Counted from the first letter of the whole stretch, positions 12,093 to 26,005 are shown. The stretch: 63,403 bases of DNA, filler included, from Choristocarpus tenellus KU-1152 (GCA_964200185.2; 14 parts of 14 records of this genome joined end to end with filler, not necessarily neighbours in it); one strand, 5' to 3'. The notes: generated by a model not told the origin, from the letters alone. Translations and numbers: made by a program.

Positions 12093-13081
12093 GGTAGGAA
12101 GGAATATTTGTACTATTCGTCTCTAACACAAGTTCAACACAAATATTATAACCACCATCTCAACCATCCTTGAGATGATAACCCCAACCCCAAACTACAC
12201 GCTACACACTACCATACTACCATATTTAACATCGAAAAAAATATAATCGGAACTAATTATTCCTCACGCGATTGGGAAATTCTACATAGAAAATTTCAAC
12301 TTTGGAAATCGGAAGGGGAGAAAATGGATTCAAATTGATCCATCTTTCTAATTGTTCGAATACAATATATTTTCTAATTTTCCGAATGTATTAACCGAAC
12401 TAATCAAAATAGTTGCATTAGTTTTGGAAAATCCAAACATAACAGACGATGATGGAAAAAAAGACTAAATCAAATTTAGTCTTTTTTTTCCCTTCCGATT
12501 TATTACAGTTACGACAATTGTATTTTCAATAATCCTCTCAAATTTCTTCTCTTTTTTATTACACGACCTCCCCATCCCATCATAAACTTCCTCAAATCTC
12601 GTAAAATCTCCTTCTTCACCTTGTCCGCCATGAAGTGGTGGGTTCAAAGAGATCACCTCTCAGCACGGCAAAAAGGGGAAATAGGGCGTTGCTCAGAGAG
12701 TCCCATGAAAGTCTTCATGGGAAAGTTCGTCACTTCCCTCCTTATATATCCACCTCGCCCCCTTGTGGCTTTTCTAATAAACATCCTTCCCTCCATTTCC
12801 AAGTTCACCCCTCGCCATCTCCAAACCCATACCTCACGTATCCCCCCACCAGATAGAACCACCCCTCCAATATCTCCTGGAAGACCAAACTCTGTTACTC
12901 CAGAGCTGGTGAACATATGTTACAAGACCTGGGTATTGCTGTCGATCCGTTTTGACAAATCTTATCCGTCTTCTTTCATTCTTAGCTCCTAGAGTCCTAC
13001 ACCCATGTTAATTCGTGCATTTATGGCAGTTAGTTGCTCATCATGTAATTACAAAACCGTGCATAGGATCTTTTCAATTGC

Positions 13082-13628
13082 ATTATTATACCCTCTGACA
13101 CTTTGCAGATGTGTCAGGGACAAACCAAAGCAATATATCTATATATTATTATGCCCTCTGATGTTTTACAGATAGATGATGTTTGAGAGGAAAAGTCAAT
13201 GAAAAGCCAATTCAATATCATAATAAGGACTTCTGTAAAAGTAACAGTTGTCGTAAATGTGAAAAAAAATACAAAATCTATTACTACTTGAGTACCAGCT
13301 ATGCTACACCACTCCCCTCCTATGCCTCCAACCTAGTATAACCCTATACCACAGGGTGAGGACCTAGGGAAGCATCCCAATAATCTGACAGGCCCCTCCG
13401 TGTCCATCCCCCTAGTGTCTCCAGCCTAAAAGGCATTGCACGTCTTGATAGAGCCACTTGTATTATGACAGACACTGTCTGAGGTAAACGGGGTTTGACA
13501 GCCCCTTTCCTGCTGTTCCTGGTGTAATCTCCCACCCCTCTCCCCCCTAACGCATGCGTAGCCAACTCATCCAGAAAACTCTCTGCTTGCATACTGAGGC
13601 GCCCAAAATTTTCCATCGCGAACGAAGG
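13082..13628 (-). mobile_element. 5'-truncated non-LTR retrotransposon 3' end (CRE-like, RLE clade)
   Basis: FAMENFGRLSMQAESFLDELA...QTVSVIIQVALSRR resembles the C-terminus following the restriction-like endonuclease; second copy at 40054-40408. Confidence 0.65.
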
Positions 13629-16600
13629 TGTTGAGGATAAAAAGCTATATCACAAGAACTGCTGTAAAAATAATAGATATCCTTAATGTAAGAGATTCTC
13701 TAAAATATATTTACTATTGAGAATAACAATACAACAAAGCTCCCTTTAAGTCGGTGAATAACATGATACGACAGAATAAAGTGGAGAAGAAGAGGAAAGA
13801 CTAGGAAATTAATTCAACAGATAACTACCAGAAAATATATCATATATACTTGACAGACCACCAAAAGAGGTACATTATTTTTCCAATCTACGTTTGTAGC
13901 ATTATTGTTATTATTATTTTGCTGTCCCGTTCTTATTTTGCTCTAGTCTGAGAATTTCTTCGTATAGTACACACTACTGTAGTAAATCTTCTTACCTACC
14001 ATTCTGCACTACTACAATGAATTCGACCCGTACATACCCTTAATTTTGCTAGGAGGTTCGGTTAATCCGTCCTGCATTTGGTCCCATTTCCTCCTTGCTC
14101 GAATCTAATGTGTACTCATTCAACAAGGTTACCTACAAACATCAATAGAATAGAAGTACAGTATATACGTAAACCCCTCTATGCCTCTCCATTCTCATGA
14201 CCACCTCTTCCATTTGAACAATCAATCATATAAAAATAGAATATCTGATCTACGTTACCTACTATTTAAATTGTACATCGAAGTACGTAGTACAACTTTC
14301 TCACCCATTCCAATAAAACAGGACGTTGAAGAGTTACAAAGAGGCATTAAAGGTAGTGTTCATAACTGATCTATTCGATTATAATATTCCATTTTATTAA
14401 AGTTACCACCTATGTCAGGTTGTGATAACTTACAAGAGTCACTCCACTCATTTTCCTATTGATTCTACAATTTAATTTGTTTTAATTTATTATATTTAGC
14501 ATTAGGATTAGGAGGTTTATTTAGGGTTAGGGCTACAGCAATTATATTAGTACTACAATGTGTATTTGTTAGGGTAAGGGTTTTCATATATAGTTTAGAA
14601 ACCTCCTCCATTATTATTATATTACTGTACCTGTTGACACTTACTTTGTAGGTGTGATGCTGGAAAAAGTAGAAACATCAAGTGAAGAACAAAACTACAA
14701 CACAATAGAGTTTGTAATTATGTCATAATATCAAATATGATTGTGACGTATGAGTGATGGTGATGGACAAGGGTAATACAACAATAATTGTAGAGGTCTG
14801 TAGTAACGATGGTCTGTTCTGCCTGTATGATATGACAATTTAAAAATATAACTCGGCATAATTTATATTTTTTCAAACGAGATATTTTATGTGTATGTAC
14901 AATCTTGACTATTATCTAGAAAAATTTCTATGCGAGACAAGAACTCCAATCATTAAACCTCTCTACGGTCTAGGTGCCACCATATCAATGAATTATTGAT
15001 GTCATTATGAATGTTGGGTATGTCCGACGTCCAATGATACCCAGAGAAATTTGTCCTGAAGCATTTTGAAGGGTTCTGGTCGTGTACCTCGTGAGGTGCT
15101 GGACAGGCCCTCTAGGTAGGTCTTATTTACGTGGTAATACGGGGGTCCTAGCAGGCTCTTTGGTGGGAACGAGTGGCGACCCGCCCCGTTCCCAGGATGA
15201 GTGACCCTTCCACGCCGGATAGGCTTCTGTCTCTCCTCGAGAGGGCGAGGGGGGTATTTCAGAGCACGTATGGATCCACCGAGGGGTGTTTTGCCGCTCA
15301 CAGTCCTGCCAGAGTNNNNNNNNNNNNNNNNNNNNNNNNNNNNNNNNNNNNNNNNNNNNTTAATTAATTAANNNNNNNNNNNNNNNNNNNNNNNNNNNNN
15401 NNNNNNNNNNNNNNNCCCCTAATGTTAGACTTTTTAACAAAATAAGCCCTATCCTTGTTGTGCACAGGAAGGATCCCCACAAAAATAGCATACTAAAGCT
15501 ATAATGCCTCTGGCCATACAGATCATTCATTTCTGCAGGTGGGAAAAGTCAAAGAAAGTTCTTCAGTACCATGCCAATACCCGCCTAGTACTATCCTTCA
15601 CCGTGACATTCATTCCCCTGCTCCATCTCCCTCTTCCCACCGTCACCTTATCCCCTATTGCCCATGTATGATTCCTCCAAATCTAAGTCAGATCAATGTC
15701 TTGGTCACCATTTCTATAGCTCCATGAGTAAAAAAGTAACAACAACAATCACAACAACCCAATCTGATCTGAGACCATAAACATTTCATCCTCATCAGCC
15801 TGCTCTCTGTCATTCATGCACGCATGTCCTTTCTGTTTTCTTGGGCAAGTTCTTGCATTCCGCAGGAAACAAGCTACATCTACCACCCACAGAAAAATCC
15901 TGGCACAGAAAAAAGGAACAAACAAGTTCAGGCAGTTCCCCCCCTCCTCCAGTCCACTTCCTTCAAACACTTTGTGACCTCTCAAAGCAGTTCACCAACC
16001 AGATCTAGATGCTGTTAAGAACACTGCTATCAGACAACAATCACCAGTGCTCTCTGAAGCTTTCTGGGCGCTCTCTATCCTTTTCTGCATCAAAGGTCTC
16101 TTGTGTCTCTCGTGCCCACTCCTCCCTTCAAGGTATATTCACATTGAGTATGAAGCACCCCGGCCAACAGGGTAAGAAACAATGGAGAAGGGCAAATAGG
16201 ATAGAGAGGGTGAAATAGTGGCTATCATAAAGAAAGGCATTGGATGCCTGCAAGTCACCCACAACGTAAGGGAATGGTATGTAAGCTGTGCAGACATGGC
16301 CAATAAAAAGGAAACCATTGGAGGAGCACAGAAGGCAATCACAAGAGAGTGGTGCAATGATATGAAATGAGCGTAGCAGTAGTTCCAATACATGCTGCAC
16401 ATCCCAGATGGCCACAAAGAGACAGACACGATCGCTTCGACTACATTTTACATACTCAAATTAGAATACCCATCACTTGTTTCAAAGCACAATGCCACCA
16501 GTTGCACATAGGCTACATTGTTGGACCTACTATCTTCAAACATTTTACAGCATCTGTTCCCAGAAGTATATACAAGGGCTAGAAATTTGCTTCAACCCTG

Positions 16601-17418
16601 ATTGTACTAAACACCACGCCTAGCATAGAGGGCAACAAGGTAAAGGTCACCTCAACTTGCATAGTATTCTTACCTCCATACAGCCTTCACAATATCTGGG
16701 TGAAGGCCCATGTGTTCTCCTAGTGTGGCAAAGGCCCCTTCCTTAAACTGAGGCTCCTCACCCACTGAGGGCAAGCTAGGAGTTCCACCCGCAACCGAGT
16801 TTGATACAGATCCCATTGACATTGGCGGTGGACACCATTCCCCTTCTCATCCAGGAGGCATTTGCAGGAATGGGGACAGGGTCACGGAATATTGCTATGA
16901 GTTAAACCATGTTCATTGCATCCAACACACAATTAAGGTGCTTCTCTATCGTTGAGTGGTGTAATGAGCAAAAAACCCGACTGCCTTTCCCATGATAACT
17001 GAAGGGCAATCCTCTTCGTTAAAGTAATAATCATACCAACACAATTAGCCTCAAAAAAGATTTATAATAATTTTCTCACACCTTAGACAACATCACATTT
17101 TCGTAGTACTATGTTTAAACTCAAACAAACAGCGTAACAAAAGTGGCAAAAAAATTCTAGTCAGGGACTTGCCAAATATTACCCATACTTTAAGAAACTC
17201 CAACATCTGGCCCAGTTCATTGCAGCAAGATCTTACCCAAAACATTATTCTGGATACCACCTATCATACTATGTTGTGAAGAGTGCTGGAACTATCTGAG
17301 ATGCTAGTAAAAATATGTGGACGCCACTTATGCACGGCCCCCCAAGAGTCTATAAATACTAGTAACACTATTTCAAGTGTAAGATTAATGCAGTATTGAA
17401 AGCGCAATTAAGAAATGC

Positions 17419-18437
17419 TCAGTTCAGAGTTGAGGGGTTAAGATCATCAGTAAGATCATCAAAAATGGGTGGGTCGCCAACAAGTCCTGAAAAACCCTAA
17501 TTTCTGACAACATAGAAATTAGAGGTTCAAGGAATGATGCCATGGAAGGGTTAGATGGAACAATATTTATTACCAATGGTATAAGCAATTGACATATACC
17601 ACTGTCAATACCTAGGGTGACCACTGCCCTATTTTAAATCACTCGTAAGAGAATTGTAGCTAGAGAATATATGGTAGAAGTGTGTGTTCTTACAGCACAT
17701 ACATGGATGCAACATAACATCGCAATGATTTGAATGTTCTAAGGAACTGTCCATTCACATTGAAATCAATCAATCAAATGGAGCAGCTCCTTACTCTTGA
17801 CAGTCAATTGCTGTACTGCTATAAATACCTAAATGATTAGATTTAGTACTACCACATCAGGGGAGGCAAGTTTGTGCTCACCAAAAAAAACCTACCTCTT
17901 GACAGAATATATATATCAGCCAAAATACAACTTAACCCACCTACTACGCATGAAACAATCCATCAATCACCTGCCATTAGTATATAGATGGGTCTAGAAT
18001 AAAAATAAATAAATAAAAGAAAACTCTAGTAAGCCCCCCCCCATAACCCCAACCCCATTCTCACCTCCTGCAGATGCTCCCCCCACCCCCCCCATCCCGC
18101 CACCCCCTGCCCCCTCACTCCTGTGGCGCAATGGCTGTGTTGACCTATCCATCTTTAGCCCCTCAAACATCACAGGTCCATCTCCCCAATCCTGATTTTG
18201 ACTACCTTGCCCATAATGGCCACCAAACCCTAGCCCCTGCCCCCCACCTCTACTGCCATTGGAGCTCCCCCCAGCAACTCTCGGAGGCAAGGTCGCACCA
18301 GACCCTGTCACTGCTGTTGATGAATTCTGCCCCACATCCACTGCTAGCCCAAGTCTCTGCCCTAACCCTGTCCCCGCACCCCCCTCTGAAGGCAAGGCCG
18401 TATTGGCCCTTGCAATTGATGTTCTCCCCTCCACATC
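17419..18437 (-). CDS. Last two exons (18065-18437, 17419-17486) of an unknown Gly-rich host protein
   Basis: Open Gly-rich frame, donor G|GTGAGA, acceptor TTTTCAG, phase-1 join to LVGDPPIFDDLTDDLNPSTLN*. Confidence 0.55.
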
Positions 18438-18537
18438 NNNNNNNNNNNNNNNNNNNNNNNNNNNNNNNNNNNNNNNNNNNNTTAATTAATTAANNNNNNN
18501 NNNNNNNNNNNNNNNNNNNNNNNNNNNNNNNNNNNNN

Positions 18538-18743
18538 GTCAAAGTATCTTGGGGGGGGGGGATGGTTTGTGAGGGGGCGTCCGTTTTGGTCTGGACAAAG
18601 TGCTCAAAAATCATAGCAATTGCTGTCTTCTGTCGTGAAACGTCCACGACTGAAGACAGCAATTGCTATTATTTTGGAGCAATTCGTCCGGACCGAAACG
18701 GACGCCCCCTCACAAACCACCACCCCCCGACATACGTTGACCC
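18538..18743. mobile_element. MITE subtype C, full-length foldback
   Basis: GTCAAAGTATCTT-G-run start, ATACGTTGACCC end; the two halves are near-perfect reverse complements. Right ends also at 28566-28666 and 34626-34676. Confidence 0.85.
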
Positions 18744-19322
18744 AGCCACCGTCCTTGTATGATGTATTTTGGGCTAGAATGCATTTAGGATCTATGCTTG
18801 GTACATGAGTGGGTGTAGACTACGTTTTTATGGCTCAGGGAAGTTGTTGGGTTCAAAGCCTAGAGTTTGGGTATGGAAAGATGTCATATGTTGTGGAAAT
18901 CTCGACTTGTACTGATGGTGGTGTGGAGTACGAGATGCTTGTGCGTCAACGTATTTGTGGTCAGGTTTCTGCCAATTGCTCTGTGGTCCGATCAGCACAA
19001 AGGGGGGAGGAAAAAGGATTGGGTCATGGCAGTAAAAGTATTAGAGGATGGTTGCAGAACGCTCTAATAATCAAGACAAAATTTAGGTTACCACCGGGCT
19101 AATAACAACATGTGTATGAGGACACATAAACACAAACTCTTTGGGAAGATAATAAATTCAATATACCAAATGCGTAAGTCTGTTGATTTAGAGAACGTCC
19201 GATCTGTCAATCATAACATGTCTGTTGAGGCATGTGTCGGACTGGTGAAGTAGAGAGGGTGACTCACGAACAGAAATTGGCCGATGTTGCTCCTCAAAGT
19301 CGTGTCTGTCATCAGTATGGTG

Positions 19323-21150
19323 TCAGTGTAGGACTTGTCCAGAACCAGGCCCGTCTAGGAGTGTCTCAGTCAATACTGTAGTGTTGGTTACAAGGAGCTG
19401 CATATTTCGCAAGTCGCCATTCTCCCATTTGACCTCATAGGGGTAGCTGACTCGCTTTTCTCTTTCACTGTGTAGTGGGGCTGGTACTTGGTCATGGTCC
19501 CTCACATCCGCTAATCTTCTCATCTGGAGTACAGTCCCCTGCCCTTGGCTCTGGCATTGAGCGTTACTCCCTCATCTAAATACGCCACATATAACTCAGT
19601 GTCGGTTCAAGGAGTATATATTTCTATATACTCTTGTCCATGTCCCTACGCTTCCACTGGCGGTCAACAATCGACCAACTGCATTGTCTGACACACAGGG
19701 TCGCAGCCTCATCATTGTCCCTCTTGTTCTTGTCTTGAAGTTGGTTGACACACTCCTCGATCTCGTCCTCTGTCACGTACGACCCCAGTTGAGGGGGTGA
19801 AGATTTTTCCCCATCATCTGGGAGGTAGGACACTGAGTAAATGTATGCCCCTGAACCATCTACGTGAACATTGCTGACCTTCCCCTGTACCATAGTCCCC
19901 CACTCGCGCATAGGATGAAGCTGGTTCCTCGACCGAACCTGGCATTGGACGTGTCCCCAAGTCTGAGTTGCCTAGAGAAGCGAGCAGGTATCCCACCAAG
20001 AGATTGCCGGTTGGATTCCAAGGTGAACCTCTGGTATTGACCAGGCAGGATCGTGAATGTGTTGTCCAGGTGGTTGTGGTCGATGTCTCTGAAGTCTGGG
20101 ATGATGATTGCCTGAAGGGGCACGATGCGAGGGCCTGGTTGTGCATCCTGTATCATCACAAACATGTTCATTGCAGGGGCTGTGTTGGTGTCTAGAACTA
20201 TTTGAATATGTTTGCGGTTGATGGCCTGGTTTGGCTGTATAGGGGTGTTGTTTTTTTTGTTTGAGAAACGGATAGTTTTATGTATGATAGAGGATACACT
20301 TAGGCAGCAAAATGAATGAATGGGACGCGCTTGTTTGCCCTGCTTAAGTTGTGAAATATTTTGTGAAAGGTGTCAGTGGCAGTTGCAGATTGGGAGAACA
20401 AAATGACACTGGTTTGGATATCAGGATTGGACGTTATTGGAGGAATCTGTGTACTCTAGAGGGGATATAAGGGGATATGTGACATCTGTATATGGACAGC
20501 GTGGTTTCATTCGTGTGGGGCGTTGTTTTCTTAGAAGCAATAAGAAGCGTTACTCACCTTGTCCGTCCGTGACATGTGAATAGTTGGCACACCATCAACA
20601 AAGCTAGCACGAGGCACCTGGAAGTCTTTAGTGACAAAGATGATCTCATCTCCAGCACTGAACATCCCTCTGTAGCTGGAGTGGTGGTGTCTGGCGTTCC
20701 ATTGAATTGTGTCCTTGCAGTGGACAGTGAACGGCAAGAATTATATACCATTGTACTCCAATGGCTGCGTCCGCACAATGCATATATTCCCCTTGGCGAG
20801 CTGTCTCTTCTTCCTCGACAGCTGACTTCTCAGATACATATCAACCGTTCCCGCTTCCATGGAAAATCCAAGGTCTATCTCCTTAAGTGGGGGGGCATGT
20901 GAGTTAGTTGCCACCTACATTGGGCAAGGTTGCCGATGGAACAGTTCATGCAGTAGCACGACAGTTTGGTGTATATCAATGTACGGGAGTCTCCGGTGGT
21001 GAGCCGACCAGTGAGGAACCGGTGCATGGACTTGATTCCAATGAGGTTCAGGACACGTGGGTCGTTTAATCCCGCACGATCGATCTTGTAAGACAGAAGG
21101 TGGACTATCTACTGTATCCAGAACGCGTTGATGTATAGAAGATTCGTATA
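19323..21150 (-). pseudogene. Decayed DNA transposase C-terminus (Sola2/Zator-like) followed by Tudor-like domain(s)
   Basis: Translates to LIGIKSMHRF...LIYTKLSCYCMNCSIGNLAQC, then GNICIVR...GMFSAGDEIIFV, MFVMIQDAQPGPRIVPLQAII, then LWYRG/KVSNVHVDGSGAYIYSVSYLPDDGE and YPYEVKWENGD; stops, frameshifts and a probable intron. Confidence 0.5.
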
Positions 21151-21565
21151 TGTGTTACTGTGCTGTCTGCCGTCCCTGTCTGTCCAATCCTAAGGGTTTT
21201 GTGGTGATTGTGCGTATAAGGGGAGGGGTGGTACGTGTTGGAGTCAGCGTCGGCACTGAGGCTGTGTGCAGCGACCGATTTGATGTGATGGCGTTTGTTT
21301 GTAAATAGTTGAACTTTTTATTGCTGTAATGAGTGTTTTGTAATGACGGATGGCAGTGTGTGATGAAAACCAAAGTGACATAATGGGTCGACGAAATCTA
21401 TTGCCTTGATGGAATATATGGGTTGGCAAGGGGTGGGAGGGTGTAGACTGTCGCAAGTTGCAAACAAGGATTAATTATTGTGAGTGGGAAAATCATACAT
21501 ATGGTAAATGTGGTATATATTCTTCCAGCAAGCGATGCGTATATGGCCGACGTTGTTACATGAAA

Positions 21566-21608
21566 GAGCCAAAGTATCTTAGGGGGTAGGGCCGCGTCCA
21601 TTTGGGGG
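21566..21608 (+). mobile_element. Left end of MITE subtype A, truncated by linker
   Basis: GAGCCAAAGTATCTTAGGGGGTAGGGCCGCGTCCATTT. Confidence 0.8.
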
Positions 21609-23776
21609 NNNNNNNNNNNNNNNNNNNNNNNNNNNNNNNNNNNNNNNNNNNNTTAATTAATTAANNNNNNNNNNNNNNNNNNNNNNNNNNNNNNNNNNNN
21701 NNNNNNNNGGTACGGGTACGGGTACAACGCCACCCCATCGCCACACAACATCTCAGCACCTGGCCAAGAGGTGTATGACTCTTGCTTATCCCCTTGACTG
21801 TATGCACCGTGAGTCCTGTAGCCAATATGGCCACTCCGGCAAGTCCGCTGTTGTTCATCAGGAGCCCATTCATTGGCCCGAGGTAAGAATTGCAAGCTGA
21901 GCGGGGAAGGCTGAAACACGTGGTTGCATGCTAGGCTTTAGCGCTACCTCTTGGTAAGTAACAACTTCTGTCTCCAGGGCTGAGGTTACGCACCCTAAAC
22001 GTGCCACTTGGACGGTTGAGAGCCAAGACTAGCGTGATGCATTCCACTCCCTGTGGCTCCAGCTTGTGGTTTGTGATTGTCATGCGCCTGTACCCTCTCT
22101 TTGCTGAAAAATTGGATCTTGTTCAGGGTAATTAGTGTCCCATGCCATCTTTGTACGGCACAGTAACACTCTTGTTGGCGGTGGTTGTCCAGATGTTGGT
22201 TGCATCGCATGCCATTGCCATCAATTCTGCTAAAGCCTATCAGTCCGGTCTTGTGGTATAGGTACTGATAAGCCTGGGATTGAGGGCCAAATCTTTCTCT
22301 TTTTTTGCGGACGTTGCTTGCCCATGTGGTTAAGTTTTTGTCCCCTGACCAAGGCAGCATTTCTTCTCTCTACGACAGGACTTACTAATATAATTGAACT
22401 TTTTTAGACATCCATATTGATGAGAGAATATTGGTTATTGAGCTTTTCATACATAAGTCTATGCTACAGAGGGGCTAGAGTTCTTATTGTCTGGTTTCCC
22501 TACATTTTTTTTTTGTGGGGATTTCTATTCACTATTTTCGATGTGTTTCCCTTACATATCATGGAAACCAAAATTTTTCAGAAAAGATTTGGATAGATTG
22601 TGTAGAGGGACCTTCAAGGCTTCTTTTGCAACAAACCACATCTCAATTGTCTGTTTGGTTGGTGACATAAGCGGTATTGAAAATAGCCAACTCCAGAGAG
22701 ATGTGTAGGCGACCAGGAGGTGGTGTGCGAAAGAGATCCCACTCGAAAAAAAAGAAGAATAATGAAGCCTACAAGGACAAGCATGGTATCACCAGGACAG
22801 GCAAATCACGTGTGGTTCAAGATGCTAGACGGATGGCAGAGGAGAGTTCTGTCACTATTGCGTCTGCTGTACTTGAAGCAAAGTGAGCAACTGCTGATGC
22901 TGAGGCTGTGGTCAGGACGCCTTGAGTCAAGATGGAGATCGAATTGAGGGAAGTGAAAGCAGAGGTAGAGGGTAAAGTCGGCAAGCCTTCACCAAGATGA
23001 AGGCCACTGTGACAAGGGAGGAAGAAAGCGCGCTAGAGGCTACTGCAGTCACAGTGCTTTCTGAGGAAGATGAGAGATGAAAGAGGCTAAGCTGCGGAGA
23101 ACCGAGAGAGACTGAAGTTTGTTCTGAAACCGCGAAAAAGTATTGTCAACGCTCTGAGATGCCAGCAGTGCCTGAATGAAAGATTGGAATGTTTGGAGGC
23201 GGAGTTCTGAAAGTTAAGGGAAGAAAAAGACCAGGAAGAACTCGAAAGGGAGAAGATCAAGGTTGACAATCTCATGAAGGAGCTAGCGTCTTTTGACCCA
23301 AACCTTGTTTTACCTGCAATTGAGATGGGGTAAACAGAGGCTGCCATGACTCTCAAGGAGGGACAGCAGTGCCAAGAGGTGATTGGAGGGCCACTTTTCC
23401 CAACTTTCCGTTCCCTTCTTGCCCATAAACGAGGAAGTTTCCCACCGTACATGGATGTCTACGTGCAGTATGTGTAGAATGCACCCAAGATGCACGAGTA
23501 GCACCTCAGGACCCACCTGCTTGATGCTCTATATTGTTGATTTGTTTTTTAGTTTGGCCTTTGCTAGTTACAACACCCTACATGTGTTCACGGTTCCTGA
23601 ATTACCAACAACACTACAATATATCTCACACTTTTTTGTTTTTGGAAGTATATAATGTGGGGGACAAGGATGAGGGGTTTCCGGCAATTTCATTGGCCGA
23701 ACGACAATAAAAATGAAAATAACTAAAGATGTGGACACAAAAAAGTGCCCACAACTGCAATAAACGGCTCTCATTC

Positions 23777-25600
23777 CCAGCCCTAACTGCCTTTTCTTTT
23801 AGTAGTCCTATCATTCTCTCCCCCACCCCCGTATACTGGGGTGGGGAAGTCATTCATGTGTGACGGTGAGCTCATTCAGCAGCTGTTGGAAGCACCCCTC
23901 AAACTCTCCACCCTCATCAATGCGGATAAGGTTGATCTTCAAGTCTGACATTGTGGCAATAAGCTCTTCAATGCATCCATCCCATCACTTTCATTGCGGA
24001 GGAACCTGATCCACCTCCTCTGGGTGTAATCGTCGACGAAGACCATTACACAACCCAACTTTTTCATTGCTCAGTTCTCAGTTGATTTTGGCACTGCATG
24101 GCAACGTGCTTTGGCATTAGAGCACCCTTTGCAAGGCCTCCACTTAGTTGGCAAAGTGACGCTGAAAGTGATACTGGTGGGATTGACTGTCTCCTTGATC
24201 ACCTGCTTGTGTGGATGTCCCAACAGTCTGTGCATTTCCATGATGTCACACTACTGCAAAGGCGTAGTGGCTAGGGCTGTTGCTTGTGCTATCCACTGTT
24301 GGGCCTTCATCACGTACGGTCCCGAGCTGACCCTGTTTAAGGTGCATGCATTTTTGTTCCTTCTTAGGAATAATTTGTCGGGGTAGATGATGATGGGCTT
24401 GCCAAATATCTCGGACACCTGGCTAGAAAGCACAATGTGGCCCAGTTTAGGGAAATTGGGTGACCTTTAGTAAAGTGGCGGTCCTAGCTTCATCAGGTTG
24501 TTGGACCAGAAGCTCCAAACTGCCCTAACCTTTGACTGGCAGTAACATCTCATTATCAATCTCCACCATGGTGCTCACACTTGCAGTCCTATAATTCTCC
24601 ATTGCTGTTGGATCCAAGGTTAGGTGCCCTGTTGATCCAGTGGCCACAGGCCATTCTTGCCACTCTCCAATCGTGTTAGGGCTTGTAGCCTTTGAAACTG
24701 CCCAAAGGTCGCAGAATTAGTAGGCATTAACTCTCCTATCACTCCAGGTCCTGAAGTTCCACCTGCCTTGTCGTTGGCCTTGCATAGATGGTGAAGGCAC
24801 TTCTTCGTGTGTGTCCTGGATCCTCATAGCATGCACCAGTCTTCTTCTTGTTGTAAACACCTTTATTAGCTCTGCCGGTTTTTGCTTCACCAAGGCAGTC
24901 TTCAGCTCAATGCCCACGTTTTGTCTAGTTGAAACAATTTCCACTAAACAACACTCCTTTTTCCTGGGAGCTCTTGCACTGATGGGCAGTGTGTCGTCCC
25001 CTTGACCGCCACCGACACCACCTTTGCTCCAGCTTCAGACCTCTATGAATCATCTCATATCATTGAGCAATGGGTCTGTTTATTTACATATGGTCAGCCT
25101 GTTATCACGATCAAGAATTCTTTGTTCCATCTCGTACTGGTCAGATAGGATATTCATGATTGCAACATTGATCTTGTCCTCAGTCACAGGCGTACCAAGT
25201 CACTTTAGTTCCCTCATGTAACGGTGAACCTGCTGGGTGAACTTCTTTGGGTCTTCGCCTTGCTCCATTGTTGTTGAGTTGAGTTTGGGCAGAAGACACC
25301 GCTGCTCAGTGAATCCCACTCCACAGTTTCGCTGATTCAGTTGCCAAGCTTCACTTGGTGATCCGGCAATCTGCATTATCTCCAAAATGACTCCCTCACA
25401 GGTGAAGAGTGATACGCAGGCTGGCTCAGCCTTGCGTAGCTGCTTTGGATATGCCCCTTCACAGTTGATGTCATCCATCCCAACCTTGATATTTTGTCCT
25501 TCCGGTATGTTGAACGCATCCACGTACCCGAGAGATCTGGTCTGCTCCAGGTGCACTATGTGCCGATTCCACTAGCCCTCTCATTCCCCTGGGAACCTCT
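23777..25600 (-). mobile_element. Decayed Ty1/Copia element (gag, protease, GAG-pre-integrase, integrase)
   Basis: Gag MEQGEDPKKF...ILSDQYEMEQRIL; protease-like EWPVATGSTGHLT; HRLLGHP...CKGC; VMVFVDDYT; PPQYTGVGERMIGLL. Copia domain order; many stops. Confidence 0.85.
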
Positions 25601-25746
25601 TCAGCTCGACTGTCAGGTTCATGTTTCTCCCTTCTCGGTGGCACTTTTCACTGTTGTTGCACCGCGTACATTTCCTCACTGCTCATCTCACCAAGATGTT
25701 CTATCTAAAAAAAGGTATTTCCTCCTTCACCCTACGCCCTAACTCT

Positions 25747-25990
25747 GTCAAATAGTATCTTAGAGGAGGGTGAGGCGTCCATTGGGGGCCTGTGTGACCT
25801 TGCATTCATTTCATGTCATATAAACGAACATGTCAGATGTAAGGGCAATTTATTTTATCTGAATGCACCTTCCCTTTCCATCACCCTGCCTAGACCAAAT
25901 CCAAAGGGAAATCAAACTGGGGCATCTTTTTAAAAGCCCTGTCAAGCCCCGAATGGAAAAATTGCACTGTATGCCTCCCGTCTAAGACTC
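25747..25990 (+). mobile_element. Degenerate member of the MITE family
   Basis: GTCAAATAGTATCTTAGAGG...GCGTCCATTGGGGGCC start; ...TCTAAGACTC end. Confidence 0.5.
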
Positions 25991-26005
25991 TGTGCAATAT
26001 AGACT

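Noticed and set aside
15740-17250. Possible decayed transposase
   Set aside because: No convincing motif in any frame examined.
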